In this document: positions 30,066 to 43,456 of the stretch, piece after piece
Position numbering within the stretch: the stretch's first letter is position 1
Layout of the letters: the number at the start of each line of letters is the position of its first letter
Origin: Mantamonas sphyraenae STR306
Taxonomy: Eukaryota > Protista > CRuMs
Reading direction: 5' to 3'
Length of the DNA: 64,000 nt
Assembly (NCBI GenBank): GCA_026936335.1
Contig: JAPMXV010000063.1
Location: 124,001-188,000 of the forward strand
The notes under the pieces: model-generated
Told to the model about the DNA's origin: nothing
Database searches by the model: none
What the model saw: only the letters and a program-made list of their open reading frames with translations
Made by a program: the position numbers and the translations under genes

Positions 30066-30905
30066 TGCCGATTGGTTTGTGTTTGCGGAAACTGCGCGCC
30101 GCGGATCGCGAAGAGTTGAACCCGTCCCTGACTGCATCCTCCGCAAACGTCACTCCACATGTTGTCAACGAGGAACTGACTGCATCCATGGCACCCAGTG
30201 CAACTCAAACCAAAGCATCATTGCAATGAAAACATGGCATTCCATTCACGGTCATCTCTTTCAAGGCGCCAATGGGATTAGTCGTCATTGGAGATTGGTT
30301 TGTGTTTGCGGAAACTGCGCGCCGCGGATCGCGAAGAGTTGAACCCGTCCCTGACTGCATCCTCCGCAAACGTCACTCCACATGTTGTCAACGAGGAACT
30401 GACTGCATCCATGGCACCCAGTGCAACTCAAACCAAAGCATCATTGCAACGAAAACATGGCATTCCATTCATAACCAACCGATGCTACTGGTACGATCCA
30501 CCCATGGCCTCAAACACCATGTTGGCTGCCATCTTCTTCGCCGACTTCTTTGAAGACCCTGTCCCCACCATTTCAATTTCGTAAACGCCATTGCTCACTA
30601 TGCATCGGCAGGCAAACACAGGCATGTGGTCGGGCCCCCCCACCTTGCTGTGTTCGTAGTCCACAGTCAGCCGCGCGTGCTGATCAGTCATCTCTTTCAA
30701 GGCGCCAATGGGATTAGTCGTCATTGCCGATTGGTTTGTGTTTGGGGAACCTGCGCGCCGCGGATCGCGAAGAGTTGAACCCGTCCCTGACTGCATCCTC
30801 CGCAAACGTCACTCCACATGTTGTCAACGATGAACTGACTGCATCCATGGCACCCAGTGCAACTCAAACCAAAGCATCATGGAAAATCTGGCATTCCATT
30901 CCACA
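29820..30905. repeat. Tandem partial triplication of the dsRBD gene 5' region (A ~29820-30248, B ~30249-30472, C ~30478-30905)
   Basis: The near-identical ~220-nt block 'ggtcatctctttcaaggcgcc...ggcattccattc' occurs three times; copies A and C also share the dsRBD coding segment. Confidence 0.92.
30485..30724 (-). CDS. dsRBD-only paralog (about 79 aa), truncated copy or pseudogene
   Basis: MTTNPIGALKEM...GGPDHMPVF...GSSKKSAKKMAANMVFEAMGGSYQ*, with a CAG->TAG stop immediately after the domain. Confidence 0.6.
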   Translation of the reverse strand: MTTNPIGALKEMTDQHARLTVDYEHSKVGGPDHMPVFACRCIVSNGVYEIEMVGTGSSKKSAKKMAANMVFEAMGGSYQ

Positions 30906-30935
30906 CAGCGTTCATCCCGCCTCCTTCACACACAG

Positions 30936-33900
30936 CTATTCTCCAGTCAATCTGGACATCACACTGCACAGCTCGCCGTACACAGGGCTCTTGCGAATTG
31001 TGGTCGGCTCGTTGTCGCTCCCGGCTGAAAGCAGCTGGTCCAAAAGCATCAGCAACTGCGTGGCCTCCTCCATCTCACGCACCTCTTCGCTCATGTACAA
31101 CACGTCCAGCGCTTTGACCAGGTGCAGCACAGAGCGCAGTGCAAAGTCCACACTCGACACTTGGTGGTTGTCCTCGTCCTCCGACGGCTCCATAAAGATG
31201 TACTGCTGCACCTGCTCCAGCGCCACAGCCAGCTGGTCTGTGATGTTGGTCACATAGTTCTCCAGCGTTTTCCTCTCCATGTTCTCCAGAACCACGGGGA
31301 ACACCAGCTCCGCAAACGTCGCAGCGCTCTTGCTGCCCAGCTGGTGCAGGTGCTGCGAGAACACACGCTCAAACCACTGATCCACATACATGCACTCCTT
31401 CACCATGTCCGACACAGGATGCGACGTTTGGTTCACCAGGCTCACCAACAAGGCCGTGAGGTCCACGCGCAGCAGCGCAGGGTGCAGGAACGTAGTTTCG
31501 ATCGCCAGCAGCATCGCCAGTTGTACAATACGCTCCAGATGGCTGCGGCTTGCGTGGAACGCCATCAGTGCGCTGCGGCAGATGTTGTCCGCAAAGCGGT
31601 AGTACACCGTGAACTGCTCCTCTTGTTCGAAGCTCACGTTTCGCAACACCTCAACCATTGCAGCCGGCTCCAGCTCCCGGCCATCCCTGTCCAGCATCAG
31701 CTCGCACACACGGTATCGCATTTCCGGGTCGTACACCTCGCTCGGCATCTCCTGCAGACCATCGTAGCCCTCGTCCTTGGCACGGCTGTTTTCAATCTCC
31801 GCGCTGCGCAGCCGGATGAAAAACTGCTCGTGCTCCTCAATCATGCAGCGCACAGCCTCCTCATACAAGCTCGTGTCCACAGCGCACAGAACTGTCACAC
31901 ACTCCTGCGCCTGCATGCGCACAGAGAACGGTGTGCCAGGGTTGCACACGTGGTACATCGCCTTGCTCACAACACCCAGGCGCAGATCCCATGCGTTCAG
32001 CACCCGCGCCTTCACCTGTGCCATCGATGCGCTCAGTCCGCCCTCCTGGCTCTCCACCATCCACGCGCTTGCACGCGTCACCACATCGAAAAAGTCCGTC
32101 ACCATCTGGATTTCCGAATCCTGCCACACCACGCTTGAGCGCGTGTCAATCCACATGCTAAATGTTTCCAAGTTTGCCTCAGCAAACACCACGCAGTCGC
32201 GCTGCGTAGGCAGAAGCACCTTGGCCACGCGCAGGATGTTCTGTGTGTTTTCCTTCACCCGATCGAAGCTGTGGACAAACGTCTTGCTCAGCTGTGTGCG
32301 GTATGCCTGGTTGACGCGCACCAGCTCCTGAATGCAGTTGAAGATCTGATCTGCCGCCTGCGGATACATGTTCGACTGCAGATACAGGTTCTCCGTTGCC
32401 CATGCCCAGTTTGTGTGCCCTGCAATGTACTCTGCAAACTCCTCGTCCACACGCATTGCCCAGAAGATAATCTGGTAGAAAGGCGCAAGGGCAAGTGTGT
32501 TGTAGTACACCAGCCTCGGGATGCCCGGATTCATCGAAATGAAGTTGTCCATGAAGCGCTGGCGCACAGACGGACGCGTCACCAGACGCAGATTCTGTTC
32601 GCATCCTTCACACACGCTTGCAAAGTAGCTCATCAGCTCCTTCTTGCTTTCGTCATGCGCCACTTGCTGGCTGTCGATGGCCTTGTACAGCGGCCAGAAC
32701 TGGGTGTCAAACACCTCACCCAGAGCAAGCTTGTTCTCCTCGCTGTGCACACACCAGCGCAGCAGCTTAAAGTACTGCGCAAGATGGAACGAATCCGCCG
32801 TCGCCTGACTCTTGTTCCCTGAGATCTTGGCGTACGGCTGCAAGTTGGCCAGCATCGGCAGCAGCTCATCGTACAGCGTCTGCAGCTCCTGCAGCGCAAC
32901 CTGCAGCTGCTCCCCACGCACTTCGGCTCCACTGACCACACGTGGGTCTTCCGAGCCCAGATCTTCGGCAATCTCGGCCTGGATCATAGGCACAAGGATG
33001 CTCGCCGGCGTCTCCTCCTCGTCGCCCTCTTCGTTTACAGGCAGGGCCACCAGCTTATGCAGCAGCGATACAGTCGACTCGCGCACCTGTTCGCTGTTGT
33101 TACACACCAGCCAGTCCAGCATCCACATTTGCCGGTTGCGGCGCATCCAATCGGCCACAGTCGGCTCCTCCCCTACCAGTTCTTGCACGTACATCAGGCA
33201 CTTGTGCACAATGTGCGTGTAGTTCATGTTCTCCTGCACAATCTTGACATACTCCGACAACAGATACTCACGGCGCGTCTCGCGCACGCTATCCTGCATC
33301 TGCAGCAGCGCCGTCATCACAGCGTTGTATGTGCCGTACTTCTCTGTGCTCACCATGTCGATGCCCTTCACCAGCTGGTCCACAATTGCCTGTGACATCG
33401 GCACGCTTTCCCAGCACAAGTGCACGCACAGATCCACCAGCGCCTCCGGGTTGCAGCCGTCCGCAAGCGCCTTCTTAAGGAAGCCCGGGTGGAACACCAG
33501 CTCCTTGTCGATGTCGCTCATCTCCTGGATGTCCGACGCAGACATGCCCTCGTCCAGCAGCTGCTTCGGCGACGGGCCCATCTCGCGCGTCTGTTCCGTG
33601 TGGCAGCTGCGCACCAGGTTCGACACCATCGACACCATGTAGAACGTGTCCGGCGTGTTGTACTTGTCGCCCATCTTCTTGGTGTGCTTGCGCACCATCT
33701 GGTCCGCGTACGGCGACTCCTGGTCCAAGTAAAAGTCCACCATGCGCGCCATCACCTGCCTCTGCAGCAGATACTTGCGCTCCGGCAGGCCCAGATTGCC
33801 AAAGTCGCGGAATACCATGAAATAGTGCGAGAATGTTTTCCACGAAAACGCAGCCGACGGCAGCATTTCCAGAAGGTTGTCCATGAAGCGCACGATCACC

Positions 33901-35045
33901 GAACGGGGCACGCCCACAGTTGCCGCACGCAACGGGTTTGCAGGCTCGTCCTCATCCATGGCGTCGCCTGCAGCAGCCACGTCCGCCACACCGCTGCCGG
34001 GACCTCCACTCACGGTCTTGGCCCCCTTGCCGGCCAGTTCTGCGTCTGCACCAACGGCTTCCGTTGCGGCCGCACCTCCTTCCACTTCCATGGACGCCTC
34101 GTCCTCGTCCACCTCCAGGTACAACGGCCGCTCGTCTTCCACCAGTGATTGGATGGCACTCACAATCAGATTGGCAAAGCCTGTGCGCACGATGGACTGG
34201 GAGCACGCAAACAGCATTTGCCGCACCCAGTGCGCCTCCTCCGTCAATGTTTCCAGCAGCATGCGCGCCATGTCGGTGCGCTCCTGCATCAGGTCACACA
34301 GGTACGTCACAAGCGGCTTGAACTGCGACTTGTACTTGGCGTGCGCAAGGCACTCCACAAGAAACTTCAGTGCAAGTTCGACGGTCAGCGCCGAGCACGC
34401 GGCTCCGTCGGCCGTGTCTGCGTCGTACACCACGTGCAGCACATTGACCACAAACCCAAAGTAGTTGCTCTCAAACAGGTTCTTCTCCGTGCAAAACTGC
34501 TGGTTGCTCTTCCAGATGTCCGCGTAGATGCGCGGATCAATCATCGCCGCGGCCTCTTCGCTGCTCAGCGCCTTGTACAGGTTGGCCGGCGTGGCCACAG
34601 GCACCTCGGCCACTGCATCGGCTTCCAACACGCCCTCGCTTCGTTGCTGCTCGGCCACAGCCGCCGCGTCGAGGTATGCCTTGGGGTGCAACAGAGGCGG
34701 TGTCTTTTCCGTGCGTTCGTACACCAGCATGTAGCCAGAGTACATCTTGTCCACCATCTGCAGCTGCTGTTGGCCCGTCTGCTTGTCCGTGACCCAGTGC
34801 GGTTCCTTGCCGCCGTAGCACTGGCTGTCGATGTCTGCCGGCGAGAACGGCTCCACCATCGTGTCGTTGAACTGGAACCATTGCAAATTGTCGCATCCGG
34901 GCGACGGCTCTCGCTCTTTGATGAACGAGTAGTAGTGGCCGCTGTCGGCCGTGCCCATGTGCACCAGCACGCCGCTGAGCGTGTAGTTGTAGTACGAGTC
35001 CTCCTTGTGGGCATCCGACTTTTTGTCTGCGTTCCCCGGTGCCGG

Positions 35046-35089
<44 letters not shown>

Positions 35090-38000
35090 ACGATGCCGCG
35101 TCGCCTGCTTCGCCTGCGTCGCCTGCATTGCTTGTTTCCGGGCCTCCGTTTTCGCGCAGGGCCAGTCCCTCCTTTGTGTACGGCTCCATGTCCAACTTTT
35201 CCGGAAACACCAGGCGGTCGTTGACTTTGGCGCGCATAAACGTCTCCAGGTTGAACTCAAAGCGCTTGAGATGCACAATCAGCGTGTTGGGCAACTCGGC
35301 GATGCAAGCGCGCTTCAGCGCGTCCACGCGTCCACACTCCTCGCACTTGTACTGGTTGTCGCCGTCCAGCATGTCGCCCTTCACATACAGCTCCAGGCAT
35401 TCCTCCAGCGTCGACTTCTTCTGCATGTCCACGCTGAGCGCCAGAAAGTTTTCGGCGCGCTCGCTCACGTGCGAGCAGCCGTCACTGCGTCCGATCACCT
35501 GGTGGCTCAGTTTGCCGCCAAACACGTCGCGCACAATCCTGTGCTGCGGCGACTTGCTGATCGAGTTTTCCACCTTGTCCATGAGGAAGTTGAGAAACTC
35601 GTCCACGTCCTGCTGTTGCGTTGGGTTCATCGGCTGGCCGTCGGGACCCTTGTACGCCAGCGTGAACGGCTTGGTGTCGTAGTAACGCTTTTCGCTCTCC
35701 TGCAGGTTTGCAAACAGCGTCTGCATCTGGTAGAGCACCGAGTCGGCCGTGTCATCTGCGTCCGCAAGCGTCTCGTCGCGGCACGTAAAGAGTGCGTAGC
35801 GGAACGCGGGGATCATGTAGCACTGCTGCATGAGCGAGTTCATGTAGCAGGTTGCGCCCAGGTTCTTCAGTCCCGTGTAGTGTGTGTTCTGCTTGTCAAA
35901 CTGGAACGGGTCGTACGCCCACGTGCTGTGCGACTTTTCCAGGGTGTGCTGCTCGATCAGGCGTACCACAAGCGCGTTGTAGTTGGCTGTGCACTCGGTG
36001 GCCAGCTCGGTCAGCAGACCAAACGCCTGGCGCCTGCTCGTGTCTGTCTTGCACTTGGGTGGGGCCAACAGGCCGTGGTTCTCCTGCGTGGGGATGGCAA
36101 AGAGGCACTCGGTGAACACATGCTCGATGAGCTGCTCGCCTGCAGACACCTTGATGGCCTGCGACTGCGACGCAAGCGTGCTCAGCAGCAGCATGAAGCC
36201 CACAAGCACCTTGTCCACCTCGAAAGAGAAGCGCTGCTCCGTGATCGGATGTGCCTGCACCTGCTCCACCAGCCACTGTGCAAGCTGCACATGATCCTGA
36301 ACCGAGCCCGACGCCGCACCCTGGCACGACTGCAACACAAGCTTGTTCAGCAGGCCAAAGTAGTGGTTGCACGTGCTCGCTTGCGTGCCCACATTGCCAA
36401 TCATGTCCAGCAACATGGCCAGAAACACGGCCTGGGCCGTCTGCGCGTTGTCCGACACCCCCTGGCCCGTGTACTTGGACAGGGCCAGCACGCCTTCGGT
36501 CACAAAGTAGCGCACCGACGGGTCGTTGCAAAACAGGCACAGGCGCGCCCATGCCTCCAGCGGCGACCACGTAAGCAGGGCACTGCACGCGCTTGCGTCC
36601 GTCATGCACACGCCCACCAGCAGCCGCATGCACTGCTCCACAAGCAGGCCTGCTTGCGACTGCGTGCTGGCTTGTGCGTTTGCGCCCTCCTCCTCCTGCA
36701 CCTCGGCGCACTGTTGCACCAGGCCAAGCATGTGCACCATCACCTGTTGGCCGTCAAAGCCATGCTCGCTCAGCGCACCTGCGCGCAGCGCTGGGAACTC
36801 GCTTGTTTTCTTGGCGTCATGGTCGAGCAGGAAGTGGTTGATGCTCTTGAGCAGCAACGTCACACACTCGAAGCGCCTGCTGCCTCGGCTTGCGTCCAGC
36901 AGGTCCTGGCCTTCCATCAGGAAGCGCACCAGATGTGTCACGCCACCCAGCGACACAAAGCGGCTGCTCCATTCCGAGTCTACGCTCACGTCGATGCTCA
37001 GCGACGCCTCCAGGCCGTCGTTGCCTTCCATTGCATCTGCGCCTCCGCTCGGGCTAGCGCCGCTCTCGTCTGCAGCCGACACGCGTCGCAGGCGATCCAC
37101 AATCTGCAGGGCGTACAGCATACGGAACGTGGAGCCCGTGTTGAGCAGCTCGTCCCACGCCACCTGTTGCGAAGCGTCCACGCCAATGTTGGCCAGATCA
37201 GCAAGCATGTTGGCGTTGGTAGGCAGCAGCATGAGCAGATCCCACGTCAGGGCGCCGATCTCCTTGCTCAGCGTGAGCAGCTCAAACAGAAGCTCAAAGT
37301 ACTCTTCACGGGCCATCAGGTTGCTCGGAAAGTGCTCGGGCTGCCCGATCTCCTGGAAGATCTGCTCCAGTCGCTGGAGGCGCGTGGCTTGCTGCTCCAT
37401 GTACCTCAGCTGCGCCGTTTCCCTCTGGCTCTGCTTCAGGTTACGCAGCGCAGACACCGTGCACGATTGCACGATGCCCACTTCGGCCAGGCTCGCCTCC
37501 GTGTCGTACAAGCCCAGGCGGTTGTACACAAGGCGGAAGTTGTCCAGGTTGTCCAGTTCGGGCACCTCCTGCAGCGCACGCGCCTTGACTGCGCCCACTG
37601 TCTCGTGGATGCCAAACTGCGCGCTGAACGACTGGCCGGCCACGCTGCGCACCTGCACGTTGATCAGTGGGCCACGCCAGTCCACACCGTGGCGCTGTAG
37701 CGGCGTGCAATCGTCGATGGCCCGGCAGTGAGCAGCCAACTTCAGGTCAAACTCGTCCAGGAAGGTCTTGAGCACGCTCAGCGAGCGGCGGATCGGCAGT
37801 TCGTTGCTCGTCGATTGCGCCAGTGCCTTGCGCATGTTTTGCATGCAGCTGTGCACGTACTCTGCACGCTTGGCATCCCTGTCCAGGCGCGCGTCCACAC
37901 ACTGGTGCAGCACGTTCAGCGTGGTGATGGCCGTGTTTCCAACCTCGGCATCTTCTGCGTTCAGTGCAATTTCCCACAGGTGATCCACGCCCATCAGCGA

Positions 38001-40900
38001 GTTGCTTGTCACGCGTGTGATCTCAGCCGTGTTGTCGTCGAAGCGCAGGTGCACGCGGTTCACATAGCGAAAGTAGTAGATGAAGAAGCTCATGCCAGTG
38101 GAGGTCAGCGTGCGCACGTCCAGCGAACTCATCTTTTCCGTAAAGATGTACTCGGTGGTCTCATCTGAGAAAGGCGTGCCCATTGTGTGTTGTCGCACAC
38201 GCTCCAGCCAACCCAGGAACTGCTCCTGCTCGCGCACGTCCACCGCCTGGTTGACCAAGCACTGCCACAGCATGTCCACCTGCATGTCGTTCAGTTCCAG
38301 CTGCGAGTTGATCAGCACAAACTGCAGAAATTCCAGGCGTTCGTTCAGCTGGGCCTGGTGGTTGTGGCGCTTGCCCACGAGCAGCTTGCTGCCCAGATTT
38401 GTGCGTTCGTCCTCGCTCAGCGCCTGCACAGCTTTCGCTGCCTCTTCTTTGTACCACTGCAGGTCAAAGAAAAACTCCTCGAGCAGGTTGTGCTTCTCCT
38501 CCAGGCCGACGATGACGTCGTCCTGCAGGATGAACTTTTGGCGTGGTTGGCCCTGCTGCGGCTGAGGCTGACGGAACGGATAGCTCGTGAGGATGGTTTT
38601 GGCCACGCGCAGGGCAGCCACAACTGACTTGTGCTGGCCCAGGTTTTCCAGGCACAGCGCAAGGAACTTGTTGCGCTGCGAGTTGACCAGGGGATAGGCC
38701 ATAAACTCTTGCAGGTGGTACAGGGCTGTGCCGGCGGCCGCTTCGGTGCACTCGCTCTCCTCCTGACCCAGCTTCCACAGCAGGTCCAGGCCGTACCAGC
38801 GGAAATCGTCGAGCGCCACCTGCATGTTTGTCTGTGTGTTGATGCCATTCAGGGTGAAGTTGCGCACCATGTACAGCGAGGTCTGGTTGAACGAGCTCTC
38901 TTCCAGGGAGGCGATCTTGGGCCACAAGTAGTCAAGGTCGGGCACGCTGAGCGACATGGCCAGACGGTGGATCATGTCAAACACACTGTGTGCCACGGCC
39001 TCGTGCTTGCCCTGGAAGCAGTTCCAAAGGGCGTCCAGTTGCTCGTGCGTCAGGCAGTCGTGGATGGCATAAAACTCGGGCACAGCCACGGCGCGCTTGA
39101 GGATTTCCAGGTGCATGTTGGGGCCGATGAGATACTCAAAGATTTCGTGCTGTTGCAGCCACTGCAGCAGGTACTGCGAGTCGTAGCTGATGTTGAACAA
39201 CTCAGGAAAGTTGTTGCGGTAGTTGTTCCTGTCCTGTGCCGTGCGCAGCTTGCTCTCCGTGTCCTCCTTGCTGCGGATGCGCTGGATAAACTCGCAGATG
39301 TCGGCGATGCCCTGAAGGCGCTTGTTCATGATGTCCGAGTGGAACCAGCGACGCGCAAGCTCCAGTTTGAACTCGTCGATCATGCGGTTGGCCGTGACGC
39401 GGTCGCTCATGCGCATGTACAGCGACTGCATGTACATGGACACCTGGTTCAGGTCTTTCTTTTCCATCAGCTTCATCTCGACGTCGGACAGCCCCAGGAT
39501 GCGTGGCAGCACCAGCGGCCGGAGCCTGTTCAGCAGAGGGATCAGCTCGGCGTCCTGCATGCACTCTTCGCACTGTGGGCAGACGTGCGTATGGTGGAAT
39601 GTGTATATGGGTCAGTCGTGTCACGTGGTCCGTCGATGCCGTGGCTGTGTGCGCCACGTCGGGGCAAGCGCGAGAGTCGGGGGGGGAGAGAGGGGCAAAC
39701 ACAAACGCGCAAGAACGACACGTCGTCGACGCACTGCGTACGCGCATGCACGCGGCACGTGAACAACACAGGGTATGCGTGGCACATATGTGCAACCTAC
39801 CGTGTAAAACGGGGCGACGAGGAGAGCGAGAAAGGCCGAGTTGGGCCTGGTTTCGGTGTTCTCGTCGGCGATGCGGGTCAGCAGAGTTTCAAAGCCACCC
39901 GCGTTGCCAAACGTGTTGAGGTTGATTAAATAGAACACAGAGGTGTCGTAGACGTCATTCTGTGGCACGGTGGTGTGTTGGGTGCGTGAGTGTGAGTGTG
40001 CGCCCCTGTGTGCGCGAGACACGTCCTGCTGCGCGAGAGGGAAAAACTGACCCCTGCGCCCGGCGCCAGAGCAAACAGACGCTCGCCCTCCTGCAAGGTC
40101 ACAAAGCTCTCGTAGTTCTGTGCGGCACAAGGCAAGCGCCCCATCGATTGCGTCGTGATGCCTGTGTGTGTCAGTGTCCCTGTCCATGTGTCGTCGCTCC
40201 AAGGCGTCACGCGTGTTTGCGTGTTCGGCACGTGCGCACTTTTCTGATCACGTTCCCGCGCCTTCTTGCCAGCCCCTCCAAAACCCACCTGGTGCGTGCA
40301 CTGTACCGTCCGCGTGTAAAAGTTGTTGCGCTGCTCGTCCAAGATGCGGCCCATCAGCTCGTACAACTCCAGCATGTCCAGCGGGGCCAGTGTCAACGTC
40401 AGCAGCAAGGCCTGGCTGACCACCACGTTCACCTGCACCACGAGCTCGTCCGAAAACGTCCTGCACACACGCAAACACACGCATACACACACACACACCA
40501 CACCAGGAGCCAAACGCACATGCGTCGGTGTCAGCAACACACGTCTCTGTGCACATCCCTTTGCCACACGCGCTCCTTGCGCTGCTTTTGCGCTCTGCGT
40601 CCGTCTCCCAAAACTCACGAGCGTCGCAGCAGCGCAGACACCAGGCGCGGCAACACCTTGCGCAGAAAGTCGTTCATGTCTTTGTCCAGCGCAGCCGTCA
40701 TGTCCAAGTCCTGTGCAAGCTGGATCCAAGACAGCAGCGTGTTCAGCTCATCCGTGGGCGCTTTGTCTGCGAGGCGCCCGTCTTTCGTTGTCAGTCGAAT
40801 TCCCGCCACGTGGCCGCCTCCCTGCGCCTCACTGCGATGGATCGACACCCCGCACGCTCTTCCTTCTACACTCACCCGTCTTGAACGAGCGCTCCATGGA
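30936..40900 (-). CDS. Large ubiquitin-specific protease, USP9/USP24/USP34 (FAF-like) family; several short 5' exons, start approximate
   Basis: Cys box 'TGLKNLGATCYMNSLMQQ', 'QQDVDEF', 'LKRFEF', His box 'GVLVHMGTADSGHYYSFIK...WFQFND', a UBL-like segment and ARM-like N-terminus. Upstream exons include 'YLINLNTFGNAGGFETLL' and 'FLRKVLPRLVSALLRR'. Confidence 0.92.
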
Positions 40901-41018
40901 CAAGTAGCCTGCCGTAAAAGGCAATTTGCTTGTCATTGCGGGCTGCGGTTCGGTTGGCGGCACAGGCGCGCGATGCTTCATTTTCCTTGGCCACACTCCA
41001 CACTCAACTCATCCCCCG

Positions 41019-43380
41019 TCACGCACTCGTCTCCAACTCGACAGTCACATTTTCAACGCCTGCGTTGGCAAAGAGGGTGTTGACGCGTTGCAGGATAGCA
41101 CGCTGGTCAACACCAGACGCAACTTCCAGCTTGAGCGAGCCCACCATTTCCTGGTCCTTAAACACCCACAAGTGCGGGTTCTCGTAGCTCAACACCCCTT
41201 CAATCTGCGAAACCTTGGATAGCAGCCTGCTGAGCGCCCCCTCCATGTGCGGAGGCGTGCGCTGCAGCAACACCTGTGCGCTCTGTGACAGCAACGGCAG
41301 CGCAGAGCCAAAGATAAGCACGCCAATAATCATGGAGCAGATGGGATCGGCAATCATCCAGCCGTAGTGTTCGATCAGCAGCGAGCTGATGATCACTCCT
41401 ACGCTACCCAAGGTGTCTGCCAGCACGTGCAGGAAGATGCCGTACATGTTTTCGTTGTGGTGATGATGATGATGTCCATGGTCGTGGTCGTGGTCGTGAT
41501 CGTGGCCATGATCGTGGCTGTGATCGTGGCTGTGATCGTGGCCGTGGTCGTGGCCGTGGTCGTGGCCGTGGTGATGATGGTGGTCGTGGAACGCAAACAG
41601 GCCCACCAGGTTGACCAGGAAGCCACCGACACTCACCAACAACAGCCGCTCGGTCGTCACCTCGGGTGGTTCCATGAACCGCTCAAACGACTCGTAGATG
41701 ACCGTGACCGCAACAAAGACAAGGAACACCGCGTTGACAAAGCCAGACAACACCTCGTATCTCCCGTACCCGTACGTATAGGTTGCGTTTGGCTTCCACT
41801 GCGACATGACTGCTGCGTACAGCGCAATGGCCAGGGCGGTGCAGTCAAACAGCATGTGTGCAGCGTCGGAAATCAGGCCCAGCGAATTGGTCCAGATGCC
41901 GTAGATAAATTCGATAAACATGAAGGCCAGGTTGACCAACAAAAAGTAAAAGATGCTGCGGCTCTTTTCGTTGTCCACAATGTTGCGGACCACCGACACA
42001 AACACGGTCCAAGGCGAGCGTTCCGTGGCGGCGGAGTAGAACACGCCCTTGCTGCCTGCGTTGGGCAGCACATTGCCACGCTGGGCAAACACCAAATGGA
42101 AGCCATACAACAGCAGGCCAAACGACACCAGCAGCAGACCCGACTTGTGTGAACCGCCGGCACACTGCTCCAGCAGGACCGCCGTCGCAAACGACGCCCC
42201 AAGCGCAATCTTGATGATCCCACCCATGGACAGGTACGCAGCCACCACGGCCTCCAGATACAGCTCCGATACGACCACAAAGGCCACAGACAGGACCAGC
42301 GCCAGCAGAAACGAGCTCGACCACAGCCTCGCGCGTACCTCGACGTCCGTCTGCACGCTCAGGTGTCAGTCTCATCACTCAGGCTCTCCATCTGCCTCTC
42401 TCTCCATCTCTCGCTCATGATCCCATGTGTGTGTGTGTGTTGTTGTGTGACATGCCTGCCTCGCTTACCATAAAGTACTGCACGAAGCCGACGGGTGCGC
42501 TGATGACCGTAGCTGCACACATGGCCAGTACATACAACCTGCGCATGCCACCAATGTCTGCAGAGAGCAGACGCGACGCGTTCTTGCGCACAATGGTGAG
42601 GATGGTGGCAATGAGGAAGCAAAAAATGCCCGCCGTGGTGGGAGACATTTGCAGCAGCGCAAATTGCACCTCTTGGCTCTCGGCCACGCTCGGATGCGTG
42701 ATATCTGCCTGCGTGGAGGTGTCCACAGATGCGTCGACGGTCGCAGGTGCTGCCACTGCACTCACGGTGGCGTTCTTTGCGCTCGCCAGCTGCGTAGCGG
42801 CCGTTGACGTGGCAGCTCCGCCTCCCCCGCCAAAGAGCATCGTGCTGTAGGCCAGCAAAATCAGCACCGTGCCCTGCAACTGGAGGTGTACAAGACCACC
42901 CGACGGTGGCTCTGTGTCAGTGTCATCGATGGTCAAGTGGACGGCATGTTGCTGTGGCTGTTGCACACTCACCTTGGTAGACGTGGAGCCGGCAAAGTTG
43001 ACCACGACGCCCGCGACACACATGAGGGCAACGTCGGAAAAGTCCATGAGCACCGTGCGCACAGGGCCGCTGAACTGCAGACCCAGGTGCCAAAAGTAGA
43101 ACGTAGCAACCATGAGCAATCCATGGATGGCCACACGCACCCACTGCTTGCTGGACACCTTTGTAAACAGGCTGAAGGGCCGTTCGAGGACCAGCAGCAC
43201 AAGTGTGGAGAAGAACAGCAGCAGCGACAGGTACACCGACAACGGGAACCACACCACCGTGTTGCCCTCGCCTGTGCCGCTCAGGAAATGCAGCACAAAG
43301 AAGATGGCCACCGCTCGCAGCGCCTTGGATAGCGTCAGGGCGATGGGCCAGCGCGAGTTTTTCTTGCTCGTGGTTTGCAT
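41019..43380 (-). CDS. CDF zinc transporter, ZnT5/Msc2/MTP12-like with N-terminal TM extension; at least two introns
   Basis: '[19 protein letters not shown]', '[16 protein letters not shown]', His-rich loop, '[17 protein letters not shown]', 'ADPICS'; upstream multi-TM exons from [12 protein letters not shown]. Confidence 0.9.
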
Positions 43381-43456
43381 TTCTCCTGGGCTGCGCTGCG
43401 CATGGGTCAACGCCGCACACAGGCACACACACATAACACCGCACGCACACTCCTCT

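Noticed and set aside
29820-30905. Repeat array considered as CRISPR-like or as LTR/TIR element ends
   Set aside because: The units are 220-430-nt direct gene-fragment duplications with no short repeat-spacer periodicity, TG..CA ends or visible TSDs.
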